A stretch of DNA of 63,939 nt, counting the filler, from Kipferlia bialata (Eukaryota): the NCBI GenBank assembly GCA_003568945.1. It is 6 parts of 6 records of this genome, joined end to end, with 100 filler letters (N's around TTAATTAATTAA, not from the genome) between each part and the next. Parts side by side here need not be neighbours in the genome. Positions count along the whole stretch, not along the records: positions 24,518 to 36,652 come from BDIP01001129.1; positions 36,753 to 48,878 come from BDIP01001130.1; 4 more parts are not named here. One strand, written 5' to 3'. The stretch's first letter is position 1, and the number at the start of each line of letters is the position of its first letter. The notes under the pieces were generated by a model. The model saw only the letters and a list, made by a program, of their open reading frames with translations, did not search any database and had not been told where the DNA came from. Below, one piece after another: positions 25,127-37,329 of this stretch. The position numbers and the translations under genes were made by a program.

Positions 25127-27040
25127 ATGTCTCTAGGAGGTGCCCTTGCAGCCACTCTCCAGCAGCACTCCACTGCTAAGACCCACCTGGATGCAGGGGC
25201 AGAGGCCAAGAGAGAGTTCAACAGGGCGTGCCCCCCGTCATCACAGGCCTCTCTTGCCTCCCTGCAGGTGCTACTAGACAACGCCTCGACTCTCAAGGGC
25301 GTTCTCTCTGAGTTGCGGACCCTGGAGTCCTGGGTCGGGTCTGATGCCCCCCACCCTGCCTCTGATGTCTCCAGACTGGCCAGGGCCGCCTCACTTGCCT
25401 CCCGGGTACCTAAGCTGGCCAAGTGTGCAGAGGCACATGCCAATGCTAAGAAGAGGGCCGTCTCCCGTCTCAAACAGGAACTGACCACTGCCCTCTCCCA
25501 GCTTCCCTCTCTCTCCGGATCTCCAGTCTCCCCTACCATGAGAGATCCTGTGCTCTCTATCTGTACTGGTCTGGAGTCGATGGGGGCAGCCAGTGACATG
25601 GTCAGTTCCGTTAGGTCATACCTGGAGGGGCCAACACACCTCCCCACAGAGGGTCTCTCCCGCCTCTGCACTCTGTATAGCTACCTGGGTCCCAAGAGAA
25701 TGACGGCAGTGCTTGAGGCAGGGCAGCCCGGGGGTCACAGACTCAAGGGCCTTGTGTCCAGCCTGACCCAGGGGCTGTCCGCAGGTGACTCGGCCTACTC
25801 CTGGGAGGCTGTGACCAGGCACCTGGCCCCAGTCTATGCCCAGCTGGTCCAGGGCAGTGTGCCGCAAGAGGTGCAAGAGGTGCTGCGGAAGGGAGTCAGG
25901 AGTTCCATCCTGGCCCAGGCAGAGGCCAGCACCGTGCATGCCGTGACATGCAAGTCCCCACTGCCAAAAATGCCGAGTGCCGGCCCCCCCCCCTCTGTGG
26001 TAGATGGTCTGGCACACGCCACTGGGGCCTTCTCTTCTGCCCTCCGGCCTGTTCTGCTCTGCTGTACAGAGGAAGGGGTAGGGCTGAGGGGCCAGCCACC
26101 TGCCCCTCTGTCCCTTGATGTCCAGCAGGCCACCCAGGCTGCCGTGGCGTCCCTCACCTCAGACTACGGCAACAGGGTGATCAAGGGTCTGTCTGGCGTG
26201 ACCAGTGCTAGACTGACCGACGTGGCTGTCTCTGGCCGAGGCCTTGTGACCAAGGGCAAGGCCGACGCTGCCCCCCTCCCCACTATGCGTCAGGCACTGC
26301 AGGGTGTGCATGACTCTGTGGACTGGGAGGGGGTGTTTGGGGAGCGGACTCCCTTCTCCCCTCCCTCTGAGTACCTCACTGCCCTGCCACTACCCCCCCT
26401 CCCCGTACCTGCCTCTGGGTCCCCCCATGCCTTCTCCGTCATGAGCCCTGGCAGTGCTGCCTCCCTGGTCAAGGCATGCATGGGCCTCGCAAGGCAGCTC
26501 GCCAAGGCCCCACCCTCTGCACCCATATCTGCTGTCCAGGTGTTTGTCGCAGCCCTGCAGAGAGCAGCAGAGGAGCTCCTCTTCCTCTCCTTGCTCCACC
26601 CTGTCTCCTCCCCCCTTGCAGCATACGGCCACAAGGTCCGTGCTCTACTCTCTGCCCCCACCCCCCTTGTGCCCCCTGAGGCGTCTGTCGACATAGCCTC
26701 TGCCGGCAATGCTCTGCTTCTGGTGCCAGCTGCAGCCGAGTCTGCCCTCTCCCAGTCCGAGGTGTCAGGTCATTCGGTGTCTGGGTCTGGGGGGGTCATG
26801 TCTGTCTCAGCATGGGCACAGGACATTGCGTCCAATGCCGCCACTAGGGTGTGTGGTCTGTTGCAGCTTGGGGTATCCAGGGCGTCTAGGGGTGGTGCCA
26901 TGCAGGCCAGGGCAGACGCTGTCTACCTCAGAGCAGTGTGCGATGCAGTCAAGGCAGACAAGGCGTCATCCATGCTGGGATCGCTGGTGCAGGTCTGCGA
27001 CAAGCGATGCCGCGCACTGGGATTCACTGCAGAACTGTGA
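25127..27040 (+). CDS. Intronless 637-aa helical protein, probably a COG complex subunit (COG7-like, CATCHR tether)
   Basis: Long GC-rich ORF. The C-terminus WAQDIA…SRGGAMQARADAVYLRAVCDAV and AGNALLLVPAAAE resemble, from memory, COG7 motifs (GAxQLAxDxxYLxNV; GQYLLxLP). The coding call is strong; the family call is moderate. Confidence 0.6.
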   Translation: MSLGGALAATLQQHSTAKTHLDAGAEAKREFNRACPPSSQASLASLQVLLDNASTLKGVLSELRTLESWVGSDAPHPASDVSRLARAASLASRVPKLAKCAEAHANAKKRAVSRLKQELTTALSQLPSLSGSPVSPTMRDPVLSICTGLESMGAASDMVSSVRSYLEGPTHLPTEGLSRLCTLYSYLGPKRMTAVLEAGQPGGHRLKGLVSSLTQGLSAGDSAYSWEAVTRHLAPVYAQLVQGSVPQEVQEVLRKGVRSSILAQAEASTVHAVTCKSPLPKMPSAGPPPSVVDGLAHATGAFSSALRPVLLCCTEEGVGLRGQPPAPLSLDVQQATQAAVASLTSDYGNRVIKGLSGVTSARLTDVAVSGRGLVTKGKADAAPLPTMRQALQGVHDSVDWEGVFGERTPFSPPSEYLTALPLPPLPVPASGSPHAFSVMSPGSAASLVKACMGLARQLAKAPPSAPISAVQVFVAALQRAAEELLFLSLLHPVSSPLAAYGHKVRALLSAPTPLVPPEASVDIASAGNALLLVPAAAESALSQSEVSGHSVSGSGGVMSVSAWAQDIASNAATRVCGLLQLGVSRASRGGAMQARADAVYLRAVCDAVKADKASSMLGSLVQVCDKRCRALGFTAEL

Positions 27041-27237
27041 AATGTGGTTGAATAGATATTATGTTTCAGAGCACGTGACTCACCAGGTTATCGGACTCAT
27101 AATTCAGTCTATGTATCACAAGCATCTCAATTCGTGTGAGGAAAAAAGAGTGGCAAAGAAACCAAAAATCTCAAAAGGGTGTATAGAAGCCAGCCTTGTG
27201 CCTCGAAACCTTCTATTAATAACTGAGCTTGGGCCTG

Positions 27238-28365
27238 ATGAGCCTATGTGACATTGTAAACACCTCTGATTTTGGCGCTGATCCAGTCAAGCTCTTCTGC
27301 AGGTGGCTGTCTGACACCCTGGCACACCTACAGTCAAGCCATAAGGAGTGTGATACTGACAGTGGTAGGTGGGAGACCCTCAGCAGCGACTACTCTACCC
27401 TCTCCTCTGTTCTGGCCGACCTGTGGAAGGTGTCCTATGCCGCCAGGTCCAAGTCATCCAGTGCGGCCCTGATGGTGGCACCCCCAGTGGGCATGGAGGA
27501 CGCATACTCTGTAGAGGTATATATTCTCTTGCAAAAATATGTCTCTCTCTTGCTTTCTTCTCTCTCCTACTCTGTCTCTCAGTTTCTCTTTGGGGCGATA
27601 CAGTCTCTCTCATTGTGACTCTCTGTATGCGTCTCTCTTCCTTTGTCTACTCTATCTATATTCTCTCTCTCTCCCCTCTCCCGCTCTCTCTTCCCCCCCT
27701 CCTCTCTGTCTTTCTCCCCCCGCCACTATAAACGTCTATATTTGCAGGATGCTTCTTGACAGCCTGATGTTGTAACCAAAGTCGCCTCTCATATTCAGCT
27801 GTCGGCCTCCGAACTCACTGACATGTTCTTAGAGGTAGACTGCGTCCTCTTGGAGCCTGATGTCCTTGCTCTACAGAGCCACGCCCTGTCCACATGCCGA
27901 GAGGTCAGACCAGCTGTGATCAAGTACCTTCTAGCCTTGGCCAGACTCCGCCCAGACTCCATCCTCCAGCACCTGATGGGAGGTGGTGGTGCAGAGGCTG
28001 TCTCCCTGGCTGTGCTGGGTGTACTGTCTCAGGCACATAATGCAGAGGCAGCGGACTCTGTGGTGGCACCTGCCCTCCTGTACCTTAGGGAGGTGTGTCT
28101 GTCCCCCTTCCTCGTGACGCTAGTCAGACAGGGTCTGTTTGCTTCTCTTGAGGGTTTAGACCCTACCTCTCTCTCCCATGGGGCTGCTCACGCTATGGCA
28201 GATGTGCTCGAGGCCTGTCTCTCCTCTGGCAGTGCGTCACTAGCCGCCAAGCTAGGCCAGACCAAGGTGCTTCAGGTGCTCGAAGATGCTCTTGTCAATC
28301 GGTTTGACGATATGGTGCCTTATCAGAATGTGTTGCGACGGGTTCGTGATCTAGAGTCTAGTTAG
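27238..28365 (+). CDS. Hypothetical helical (ARM/HEAT-like) protein, two exons (27238-27516, 27763-28365)
   Basis: Exon 1 has 93 codons and ends at GAG|GTATAT, followed by a CT-rich intron. A phase-0 acceptor at 27762 is in frame with ORF 27823-28365. Confidence 0.65.
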
Positions 28366-29785
28366 AGCAGTCGACTGAGTGTCTATACAGCCAGAAGTTT
28401 GGAGAATGGCTTCTCTTACGTTGAAGAGCTGACTATTGTGGCCGGGTTTTCTGTGACGTGGCCAGTAGGCATTTTGTTTTGCCAAAGTGCTAACGGGTAC
28501 ACGAGTCATTTGCATCTGACGCTGTCCTCTCTCAGTCCGCTGAGTGTTGGTGTTATACCGCTGGACTGGTGCCTCTCCAGGGTCACAGAGTACACATACG
28601 ACAGTCGATATGATCCTGTAGAACAAGGTGCTCGATCCAGTTGAGACATAGGTACCAGTGAGGGACGCGTCATCCAAGTGGTTGTGGGGAAATGTGCTCT
28701 TACGCACGCAACAGTGGTAGTACTTGTCGGATGGCAAATAGAGACAGATACTGTCACCCTAGTATATCTTATAGTCGCAATGTCGGAGATGAGGCTCTCT
28801 TCATGAGAGACTCCTAACTCAGGAGTCCTGAGAGGACTGAAGAAGTGTGGATACAGGAGTAAGCAACAAAACCTCACTCTTCTCGTCTATATGAGGTTCA
28901 CGGAGACGGACAGGAGTGAATACTACATATGAACATAGTATAGAAGTTCTATAATAGAATACACAACATTTAGTGCATTGGCAATGGGCAAGTGGGTAAC
29001 ACCAATGGTTATCAGTGGCACCCATGAGAATATGAATCATAGACAAGGCTCTCAAGTGGTCCACCTATGCTCTAGATTCCACGGCATTGATGTCTAGAGT
29101 TCGACGCCATACAGTGTATGGCGGCCATACACTGAGTTAGTACCAACATAATGAAGGCATCTCAAGTTGGTGCACTTCTCAATCGGTCCCCCTGTCTCAT
29201 CAATACGTCACACTTCCTCTCTGTCGAAAGGAAGATACCATTACCTCACTTCAATGCTTGAATCCATCCTCTTCCTGTTTTAGCAAGCAGATATTGATAG
29301 GGTGACTTTGCCTTGCGTGACTCGAATCTGAGTCAGACTATCTGATCGTAGTTTAGTCTCTTTATCGAGACCAAATCAAAGTCGGATCAAGTAAAAGGGC
29401 CGTCTCTTTACAAGTATTTAGACTTGCTGATTAGTACTTCAGGTTGCCATTGATAATTGAGTATCACAACATATATCACTCCGAGCCGACGAGAGAGTCT
29501 ATCTGAGATTCCAACAGAGCAACTCAAACAATGACATAGACACCACTAGACTCTAGTGACTAGAGGTCAAGGATGGATTGTAATTGTTGGTGTAACACTT
29601 AAATCGTGTATCAACTCTGAATCAGAGTCTGATTCATGGTTTCCGGAAGCCAACGCTATGGGCTTCATAGTCATTGATCTATAGTCAATCATATGTATGA
29701 TGTGACGGTGTATGAGCTAACGTGTCTATTCAGCATTCGAGTGGATCTATCATCATATGACACAGTGAGCGACCAGGTCCACTTG

Positions 29786-32700
29786 TCACACCCTGTAAGT
29801 CACAGGGCCTGTACTCACCATAGAATGGGAGTATCTTCACCCCATGGCCTCCGCCCTCTGCCTCTGCCTCTCATCGTGTGCCACCACCTCTGCCTCCACC
29901 ATAGCAGCTATCTCAGCCTCATAGTAGACCTTGACGGCATTGCGGCGGATCTTCTGGGTGTTAGTATTAGTACTCAGTATCCAATCCGTGACAAGTATAG
30001 AGTCACCGTACCATTGTCACAGTCATCAGGTTGTTCTCCACTGTGAACTCCTCAGCGATGTGCACACGTCTCACAACCTAGTGTTAGAGTAGTGAGAGTC
30101 AAGGTGACAAAATGTCCTTATGGTCGCCACTTACAAATGTCTTTGGATCTGAGGAAGTTCTCTATAACACAATACATACCTCATAGCCGTGTAGTGAGTA
30201 TCTCTTGGCCGTGTTCTTGATCTCTGCGAGCAGGGCCTCCTCTCTCTCAGCCACAGGGGTGGCCACACTATCCCACTCAGCTGTCTGCTCCTCACTGGGT
30301 ACCACAATAGACACAAGGAAGGGGACCGTGGTGATGTCGGGGATGTACATGGTCTCTAGGCTGTTGTGCTCACAGTACATGGACTCCAGGCGCTCAGGGG
30401 CCACATACTCTCCCTGCTGCAGCTTGAATATCTCCTTGCACCTGCCTACAATCTGGAGGCAGTTCTTGTCGTCCCACCTGGGTCAGGGGTCCATAGAAGG
30501 CAAGTAGTAACACAGATACATGAGGTGTTACTAAACAGTACACATCATCTCTTCCTACCTCCCAATGTCCCCTGTTCTGAACCACCCGTCTAGGAAGGCA
30601 TCTGCCGTACCCTCTGGGTCCTTGTAGTACCCGGAGAAGATGGAGGTCCCGTTCACCAGGATCTCTCCCCTGCCATCATCTGGTAGGTCCATACCGGGCT
30701 GGGGTGGGATGAAGGTACAACTATAGCCATCACAGACAACTGATTGTATAATGATTATACTAATCCATCACAGTTACAGTATCAATGTGAACTGCTACCA
30801 CATACCTCTCTGTACAGGGCTATTTCTGCGTTGGGTGTGGGCACTCCCACATTTCCCACATCCAGCTGGTCTGTGTGCTGCACAGTGGTGGCAGCGCATG
30901 TCTCAGTCAGTCCATACCCACATATGAACCTGCAGCCAAAGGTCTCCCTCATGAAGCACTGCACCTCCTCGGATATGGGTGCACCCCCACAGATCAGCAG
31001 CTCCATGCTGCCTCCCATCCTCTGTCTCACCTGGGTGATGAGAAGACTAGGTGCATAGATAGCATAGATCCATTGAGTGTCATATATGAATGGCAGGTAT
31101 ATTGACCCACCTTGCCGAGGATGAACCTGCTCACGGCTGAGGCGGCATAGGGGTACTGCTCGTGCTGGTCCCTCAGGGCGTAGCGGAAGAGTGCATTGAC
31201 TACCTAGTATCAGACATGTGGATCACAATACAGCAACATATTAGAATGGATAGGCATTTGCCCACCTTGTGCTTGGCGAGCAGACGCCCGATGCCCTCGT
31301 AGATCTTGCAGTACACCCTAGGCACACCCAGCATCACTGGGGGTAAGTGAAGGTATGTCAGAGAGATACATTGGTGACCGCCACCCACCGTGTGGCTTGA
31401 TGATCCCGATGTCCCCGAGCAGGTGCTCGACATGGCCTGGGTATCAGCATATCATATGCATACACATATACAGATATTGATACTGATATTGATACTGGCC
31501 TGAGTAGAAGTGGATGTGGGCGCCGATGAACACGGCCACCCCGAACACCACTCTCTCCAGTACATGGGCCAGAGGGAGGTACGAGATGTAGCGCTGGGGT
31601 GAGTAACGTGGCATCGGATAATAGAATAGGTGAAGTCTCTCTCTCATACCTTGTGGTCGAGCTGCATGTAGAGGGGTGCCAGCTTTGCCTGGTAGAACCC
31701 TATGACGGCAGTGGCCAGGGCACCGTGGGACATGACGGCGCCCTGGAGTTAGGAGTGAGAGACACTACACTAGCAGATACAGAGTGAGTCACTCACCCTT
31801 TCCCCACCTTCTGTGCCCCCGTTGTGCCACTTGTGTATATGATGCTGCACAGGGTGGCAGGGGTGGGGTCCTCGGGGGGTGCGGGGTCCGAGTGGCCCAG
31901 GGTCTCCAGGGCAGGCAGGCGGATGAAGGACACACCCACTGCAGAGCAGGTGGCCTGGAGGAGCTCCTGGTCTGGGTTAGTGACATGGGATGAATAGCTA
32001 CACGATACTCTCTAGAACTCACCTCCACGGAACCACTCCTCGTCGGAGAGAAGCACCACGTGCTTGACACACAGCTCCCCGTCCCCCGCCTCCTCCTTTA
32101 GAAGGTCGAGGGCAGCAGCTATGGACCCAGCCCTGGGGGCCTCTACACACACGACAGATGACTCAGAGTGGTGGATGACATGTCTGGAGGTGGGAGGGGG
32201 GGTATGGTCAGAGTAGGTAGTACGAAAGAGGGCAGTTGTATATGTATACCGTACCTGTACCCGGTGACACCCAGGCTGTCGTAGAGGGGCACAGAGACAA
32301 AGGAGTTGCGGTAGCATGCCTGCTGGATCAGGGCCCACTCAGGCCGGTTGGCAGCGCATATGACCACCTTGTCCCCTGCTACTACACCCCTATGACACAG
32401 ACCAGAGGCAACGGCGTCAATCTGGAGTGAGGGGTGAACCCAACTGATATGACAGGTAACTGTATGTTACAGAAGAGAGAGTAGTTGAGGTATAATACTA
32501 CCTATACCTTCTGATCGAACTCGGCGTATGTGAGGGTGGTAAATGTGTCAGCCAGCACATATGGCTTGGAGGATGCCTCATCGTCGGGATTGCTGGGTGA
32601 GTAATTGTGAGTGAGAGAGAGTGACTCACTAGTGAGACAGAAGGCACATTCTATATCGTACCGAACCCTCTTTGTACGGTACCCGCTGAATGGCTTCTCA

Positions 32701-33070
32701 GCATAGAGGCGCACAGATCTCTGCCAGTTCTCCCTGGGGTGAATACACACACATGCAGCACATAATACCCAACACGTTATATCCAATAGTCACATGTGAC
32801 TGAGTACAATAAGACAGACCCCCATTGTCCATGTCTTCCCCCACACTACCACACAATATAAATAGAAGCAGTGTGCCAGAACAGTGAATCTCACCTGAGT
32901 GTAGTTACCCCATCCAGCTTGATGTCGGTGTAGATGTTCTCAGGTGCGAAGGGGCTCCTATGGGCAACAGTCTCCACCCCATTGATCACAATGGGCACCT
33001 CGCAGGGGTGACCGGAGGGCTCCATTCCTCCTACAGTGAAGAGGGTGGGCCGAGGGGATGAGCCCTTCAT
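29786..33070 (-). CDS. ACSL: Long-chain acyl-CoA synthetase (AMP-binding), multi-exon
   Basis: [11 protein letters not shown]…[105 protein letters not shown] and KIRRNAV. ATG at 33070 is the only in-frame start; the stop is at 29786 or about 29815 depending on the last intron. Confidence 0.95.
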
Positions 33071-33202
33071 CCAGGCAAGCACTGTAGACCAGACCCAATG
33101 AACAGTGTGGGTAGCCTATTCCGGCATTTTTGTCTCGTTATGGTAAAAGGGTGCGGCCTGACTCGATGCCTTTGGAACATAGACTGCCTCTCTCTTGTTG
33201 TC
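33071..33202. promoter_or_regulatory. Putative bidirectional promoter (132 bp between divergent ATGs of ACSL and ARP6)
   Basis: Head-to-head start codons at 33070 (-) and 33203 (+); no motif assigned. Confidence 0.55.
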
Positions 33203-34750
33203 ATGTCCAAGTACCAGAACACTGTGGTTCTCGACAATGGGGGCCACACCCTGAAGGCAGGTGTTGTGGGCCAGTCTGACTTTGTGTGTGTGCCCAACAT
33301 GGCTGTGAGGGACAGGACCGGCAAGGTGCACGTGCACATGTCTGGGGACGATGTCCAGCTGGCCAGTGACGGCCAGATCCTGAGGCCCACGGACAGAGGG
33401 TACCCCCTGAGGTGGAGTGTGCAAGCCAGCCTGTGGGACCATGTGTTTGGCCACCAGTGCCTGGGTGTGGACCCGACTGACTCTGCCCTGTGTCTGGCCA
33501 CCCCTCCCTTCCAGCCCAAGGAGATAGCCAAGGCATGTATATATATAGAGAGAGAGAGAGAGAAGACTGGCAAGGAGATGAAAGGTCAGGGGGTATGATG
33601 GGGGGGGGGGAGTTGTGATATATGCATATACATTGGATACCATCCCCACTGATATCAGGTGCTGTATGAGCATGTGTTTGAGTACTACGGCTTCCAGGGT
33701 CTGTTCCGCCACATCCCAGCCTTCTTCGCGTCCTTCCAGGTGGACACACAGGCTGGCCTGTACATCGACTCAGGCCACTCTGGCACATGGACGGTGCCAA
33801 TCATCCACAACCAGGTGGGTGTCTCTCTCTCTCTCCCTATCTGCACTGGTCTCTTTGTCTGTCTCACACTAGGTGTTGCTCCATGGTGTCAGGAGGGTCG
33901 ATGTTGGAGGGGCAGTGCTCAACAAGGTATAATTGTGTTGCTACCGTTGTAAGGAGTGACACACAACTCTAACTAGTACATTGTTATTCAGTACCCCCCC
34001 CCCCCTTGTAAATCTCTGATCCCCAGGAGCTGCGTCGTGTTGTGTCCATGGCCCAGTTTGACTTGACTAGAGAGGCGCTGCTGGCAGAGCAGATCGGACA
34101 CCTCATCTTCAGGGTGTCAGACAACTTCAGGTACATCATCCCCCACCCCCCCCACTCACAGTATACACTACACTTGTTGCTCACACCCCAGGGCCGATAT
34201 GATGTCCTTCAAGGAGCAGCACTCGGTGGGCTCCCTCCGCAGCAGGTGCCGCCCCCTCTCTGTATTGCTCCCAGACTACACCACCTCCAAGGCCCCCGTG
34301 GTCCTGGACCCCACCACCCCTGCCCCCCCTAGGAGGGATGTGTACAGACCAGGCCCAGAGCAGGTGTACTGCCCAGAGCTGCTCTTCCACCCCGAGTATG
34401 CGGGTATAGCCCAGGGGGGTGTACAGCAGGCTGCGGCCCAGGGCCTTGCCTGTCTTCCCTCAGCTGTGGCCGAGGCCTGCTGGGGCAGTGTGGTGCCCAT
34501 AGGCGGTGTCACCAACATACCCGGGTACAGGCAGAGGCTGCAGCAGGAGCTGTCGGGTGTGGCCCCCTCCTGTGTGAATGTGAGTGTGCTGGACCCTGGG
34601 CAGAGTGAGAGCGGGAAGGGTGGGGAGGGCATAGCCTTCAGGGGGATGGTCAAGTATGCAGCCGGGGATGAGTTCCCAAAGAGCATGGTGACCCTCGACC
34701 TCTACAAGGAGTATGGCGACAACCTCTGCACATCCCGCTTTGCCTGGTAG
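33203..34750 (+). CDS. ARP6: Actin-related protein 6 (SWR1 complex), multi-exon
   Basis: VVLDNGGHTLKAG, GYPLRWSVQASLWDHVFG, EHVFEYYGF, IDSGHSGTWTVP, RVDVGG, LPDYTT, PELLFHP, GGVTNIPGYRQRLQQEL and VTLDLYKEYGDNLCTSRFAW* match ARP6-type motifs. Confidence 0.85.
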
Positions 34751-35259
34751 CGTGTCAGTCAGATAGGCTAGGGGGGGAGTGGGGGGAGGCCCACGTTGCC
34801 TCCTCCCCCCCCCTTCTACCCCACCTGCCTAGGGACACAACCACTGACCCTGGCTGGTCCCATCCCACCAGGCCTGGATGCATGCAGCGGAGTCAAGTGC
34901 TATTCACTTCACTACTCCATGCCATACCGTTGCAACACATTGGACACGCCGAGAGTCGACATGTACGCATGTGCATCCTGTATCCCAACCGCCCATCCCG
35001 TCTCTGTGTAGAAGACCACCATGGGCTGAGTCTAGTATGTGTAGTGCTCCTAATGATCCACACCAATACTCATACACCCAGTCCTGAGAGAGGTGACTGC
35101 ACGGGTGTTTCAGTCAGAGATAGAATATTGGGAGCTGTGTATTATTTGTCCTAAGCCACTAAGCCGAGTGTTTTGGAGACATACATCTGTCATTGTTGAT
35201 CTATATCTAACACTCAAACACAGAGTGATATATATCTGATACACTAATGAATCTATTGC

Positions 35260-35505
35260 TCACTCGACGGACTTGAGGAGCCAGTCCACACCCGGCTTGA
35301 CGTCCTTGTTCTCAATGGCTGAGCAGCCCTGGATCTGCCACTGCCTGGGGTGGGTGGGCAGAGATACGGATAGAACAGTTGAATCAAGACATAGAGGTGA
35401 ATATGTATATACGGATACACGGAATGCATATGGATACCTGTCCCTAAGCTGGTGGAGTCCCAGAAGGTCGCATATCTCGTCTGGCTTGGCAGATGTGATC
35501 AGATC
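35260..35505 (-). CDS. ARL3: Last two exons of an ARF-like small GTPase (ARL3-like); 5' half absent
   Basis: 35438-35505 DLITSAKPDEICDLLGLHQLRD and 35260-35344 RQWQIQGCSAIENKDVKPGVDWLLKSVE* match the ARL3 C-terminus. No G1-G4 motifs found upstream past the G-run. Confidence 0.7.
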   Translation of the reverse strand, partial: DLITSAKPDEICDLLGLHQLRDRYPYAFRVSVYTYSPLCLDSTVLSVSLPTHPRQWQIQGCSAIENKDVKPGVDWLLKSVE

Positions 35506-35555
35506 CTGGGGTTAGTCATGGGACGCTTGGGGGGGGGGGGGGGGGGGAGGGGGAA

Positions 35556-35594
<39 letters not shown>

Positions 35595-36449
35595 AGAGAG
35601 TCACTCCAATCCTGTGTTGAGATACGCCTTGGTAGTTGCACTGACTAAACATAGGGTATATGATACCAATTCAGGGACTACTGGATCGGTGTGTAGCAAG
35701 TGAGCCCCTAATATCTGGTAAATATATATATACCTGGTATGGTGGCATAGACACCAGTGACACACACACACACCAGGGCCACCAGCGTCAGACACCATGT
35801 GCCTATGAGCATTGGGAGTCAAGTGCTGGTGGGAGAGGAGATAAGAGATAAGAGAATGACAGTCACTGGACTGAAGAGGAAGAGAAGAAACAATGGTAAC
35901 ACTTATCCGGGGTGATATCCATACAAGCATACCTGTTAGCAGCAGTAACTAACTAGGCGGGGGTCAATAGCCGAGCCTCCTCCCAGCGAGACTACACTCT
36001 ACTCTGAAGGAGAGGTTCGTGTGGATAGGTCAGACAGCCCAAAGGGTCCAGTGGGGTTGGCCAGATTGTCTGATGGACTTGTCACACTCAGAGTCAATAT
36101 CAGGACTCAGAGATCAGTAGAATCAGTAGTATTAACCTCAGCCAGATCCCCCGTTGAGTTAAGAGTACCCAAACATGTAACCTGGGCCAATAGAGACCCC
36201 CAAACGTATTCCAGATGTGCCAAGGAGACTGTGTGTATTGTCGAGGATGACTCCAAATACCATCAACCAGTGTGCACATCCACATCGTACACTCTATTGT
36301 CATGACCCCTACTCACTCATATACAAGCTGAATCCCACTTTCTGAGCAGTACAGACAACATGGGGAGTGTCAGGAGGACTTGGGCCTCTAGATAGCCCTA
36401 CAGACACCGATATATACACGATGAGTCACTACTCATCTGCCCTCTCTCC

Positions 36450-36602
36450 TCAGTCGTACTCTGCCTCCCCCTCTCCCTGTTGGTACAGCGAGTCCAGTGC
36501 CTCCCTGAGTATCATCTGTGCATCGGACAGACAGAGGTGGGGCAGGGGGGTCACAGCCTGTGGTCTAGGCAGACCCAGCAGCACAGACACGTCATCCTCT
36601 GA
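36450..36602 (-). CDS. Terminal exon of an unknown gene truncated by the scaffold end
   Basis: CTCACCCCCTCAG acceptor followed by DDVSVLLGLPRP…GEAEYD*. Confidence 0.45.
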   Translation of the reverse strand, partial: SEDDVSVLLGLPRPQAVTPLPHLCLSDAQMILREALDSLYQQGEGEAEYD

Positions 36603-36652
36603 GGGGGTGAGGGGGGGGGGAGAGAGAGATACATGAGAGGGTGCCAATCCCG

Positions 36653-36752
36653 NNNNNNNNNNNNNNNNNNNNNNNNNNNNNNNNNNNNNNNNNNNNTTAA
36701 TTAATTAANNNNNNNNNNNNNNNNNNNNNNNNNNNNNNNNNNNNNNNNNNNN
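36653..36752. other. Artificial scaffold-concatenation linker
   Basis: 44N-TTAATTAATTAA-44N. Confidence 0.98.
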
Positions 36753-36996
36753 ATCCCCCCTCTGCCCCCCCCCCCCCTGTCCCCTAACCCCCCCCCCCCC
36801 ACAACATATATTCTATCCCCCCCTCACTCTATAACCAGTCTTTCACACTCTTTTGAATATGTATATATGGAATACGTAAATATGTAAGTATTCTACCTGT
36901 TTGCCTCACCAATAGGGCATCCCCCCCCTTCTATTAACCCCCTGTTCAACCTCTACTGTCCTTCAATATAATCTACCCTCTTCGTCTCACCCCTAG

Positions 36997-37292
36997 GGGA
37001 TCGTACTCAGACCCCAGTGGCTCTGAGAGCTACCGCAGCAGTAGGCATGGAGACCAGTATGACAGTGAGTACACAGACAGTGAGGGGTACAGTGACAGAG
37101 AGAGTGAGGGGGAGAGTGCCTCCAGCGACAGAGAGAGAGAGAGTGAGAGTGACAGAGAGTGGAGCCGGCTGGTGGAGGACACCTCCATTGCAGTGATAGA
37201 CGACATGATCAGGTGGGTCTCTCTCTCTCTCTCTCTCTCTCAGTATCTGATCAGACTATTCTCCATGCTGGCATGCCTGGGAAGGAGGACAC

Positions 37293-37329
<37 letters not shown>

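Noticed and set aside
25087..26709. Antisense ORFs over the 637-aa gene (and similar ones over 37698-38282 and 45736-47974)
   Set aside because: These are expected shadows of GC-rich coding sequence, with no motifs.
27748..27762. In-frame TGA at 27757 as selenocysteine or readthrough
   Set aside because: A phase-0 acceptor at 27762 bypasses it; ordinary splicing is simpler.
35600..36400. Possible small membrane-protein gene on the minus strand
   Set aside because: There are hydrophobic stretches, but I could not build a phase-consistent, stop-free exon chain.
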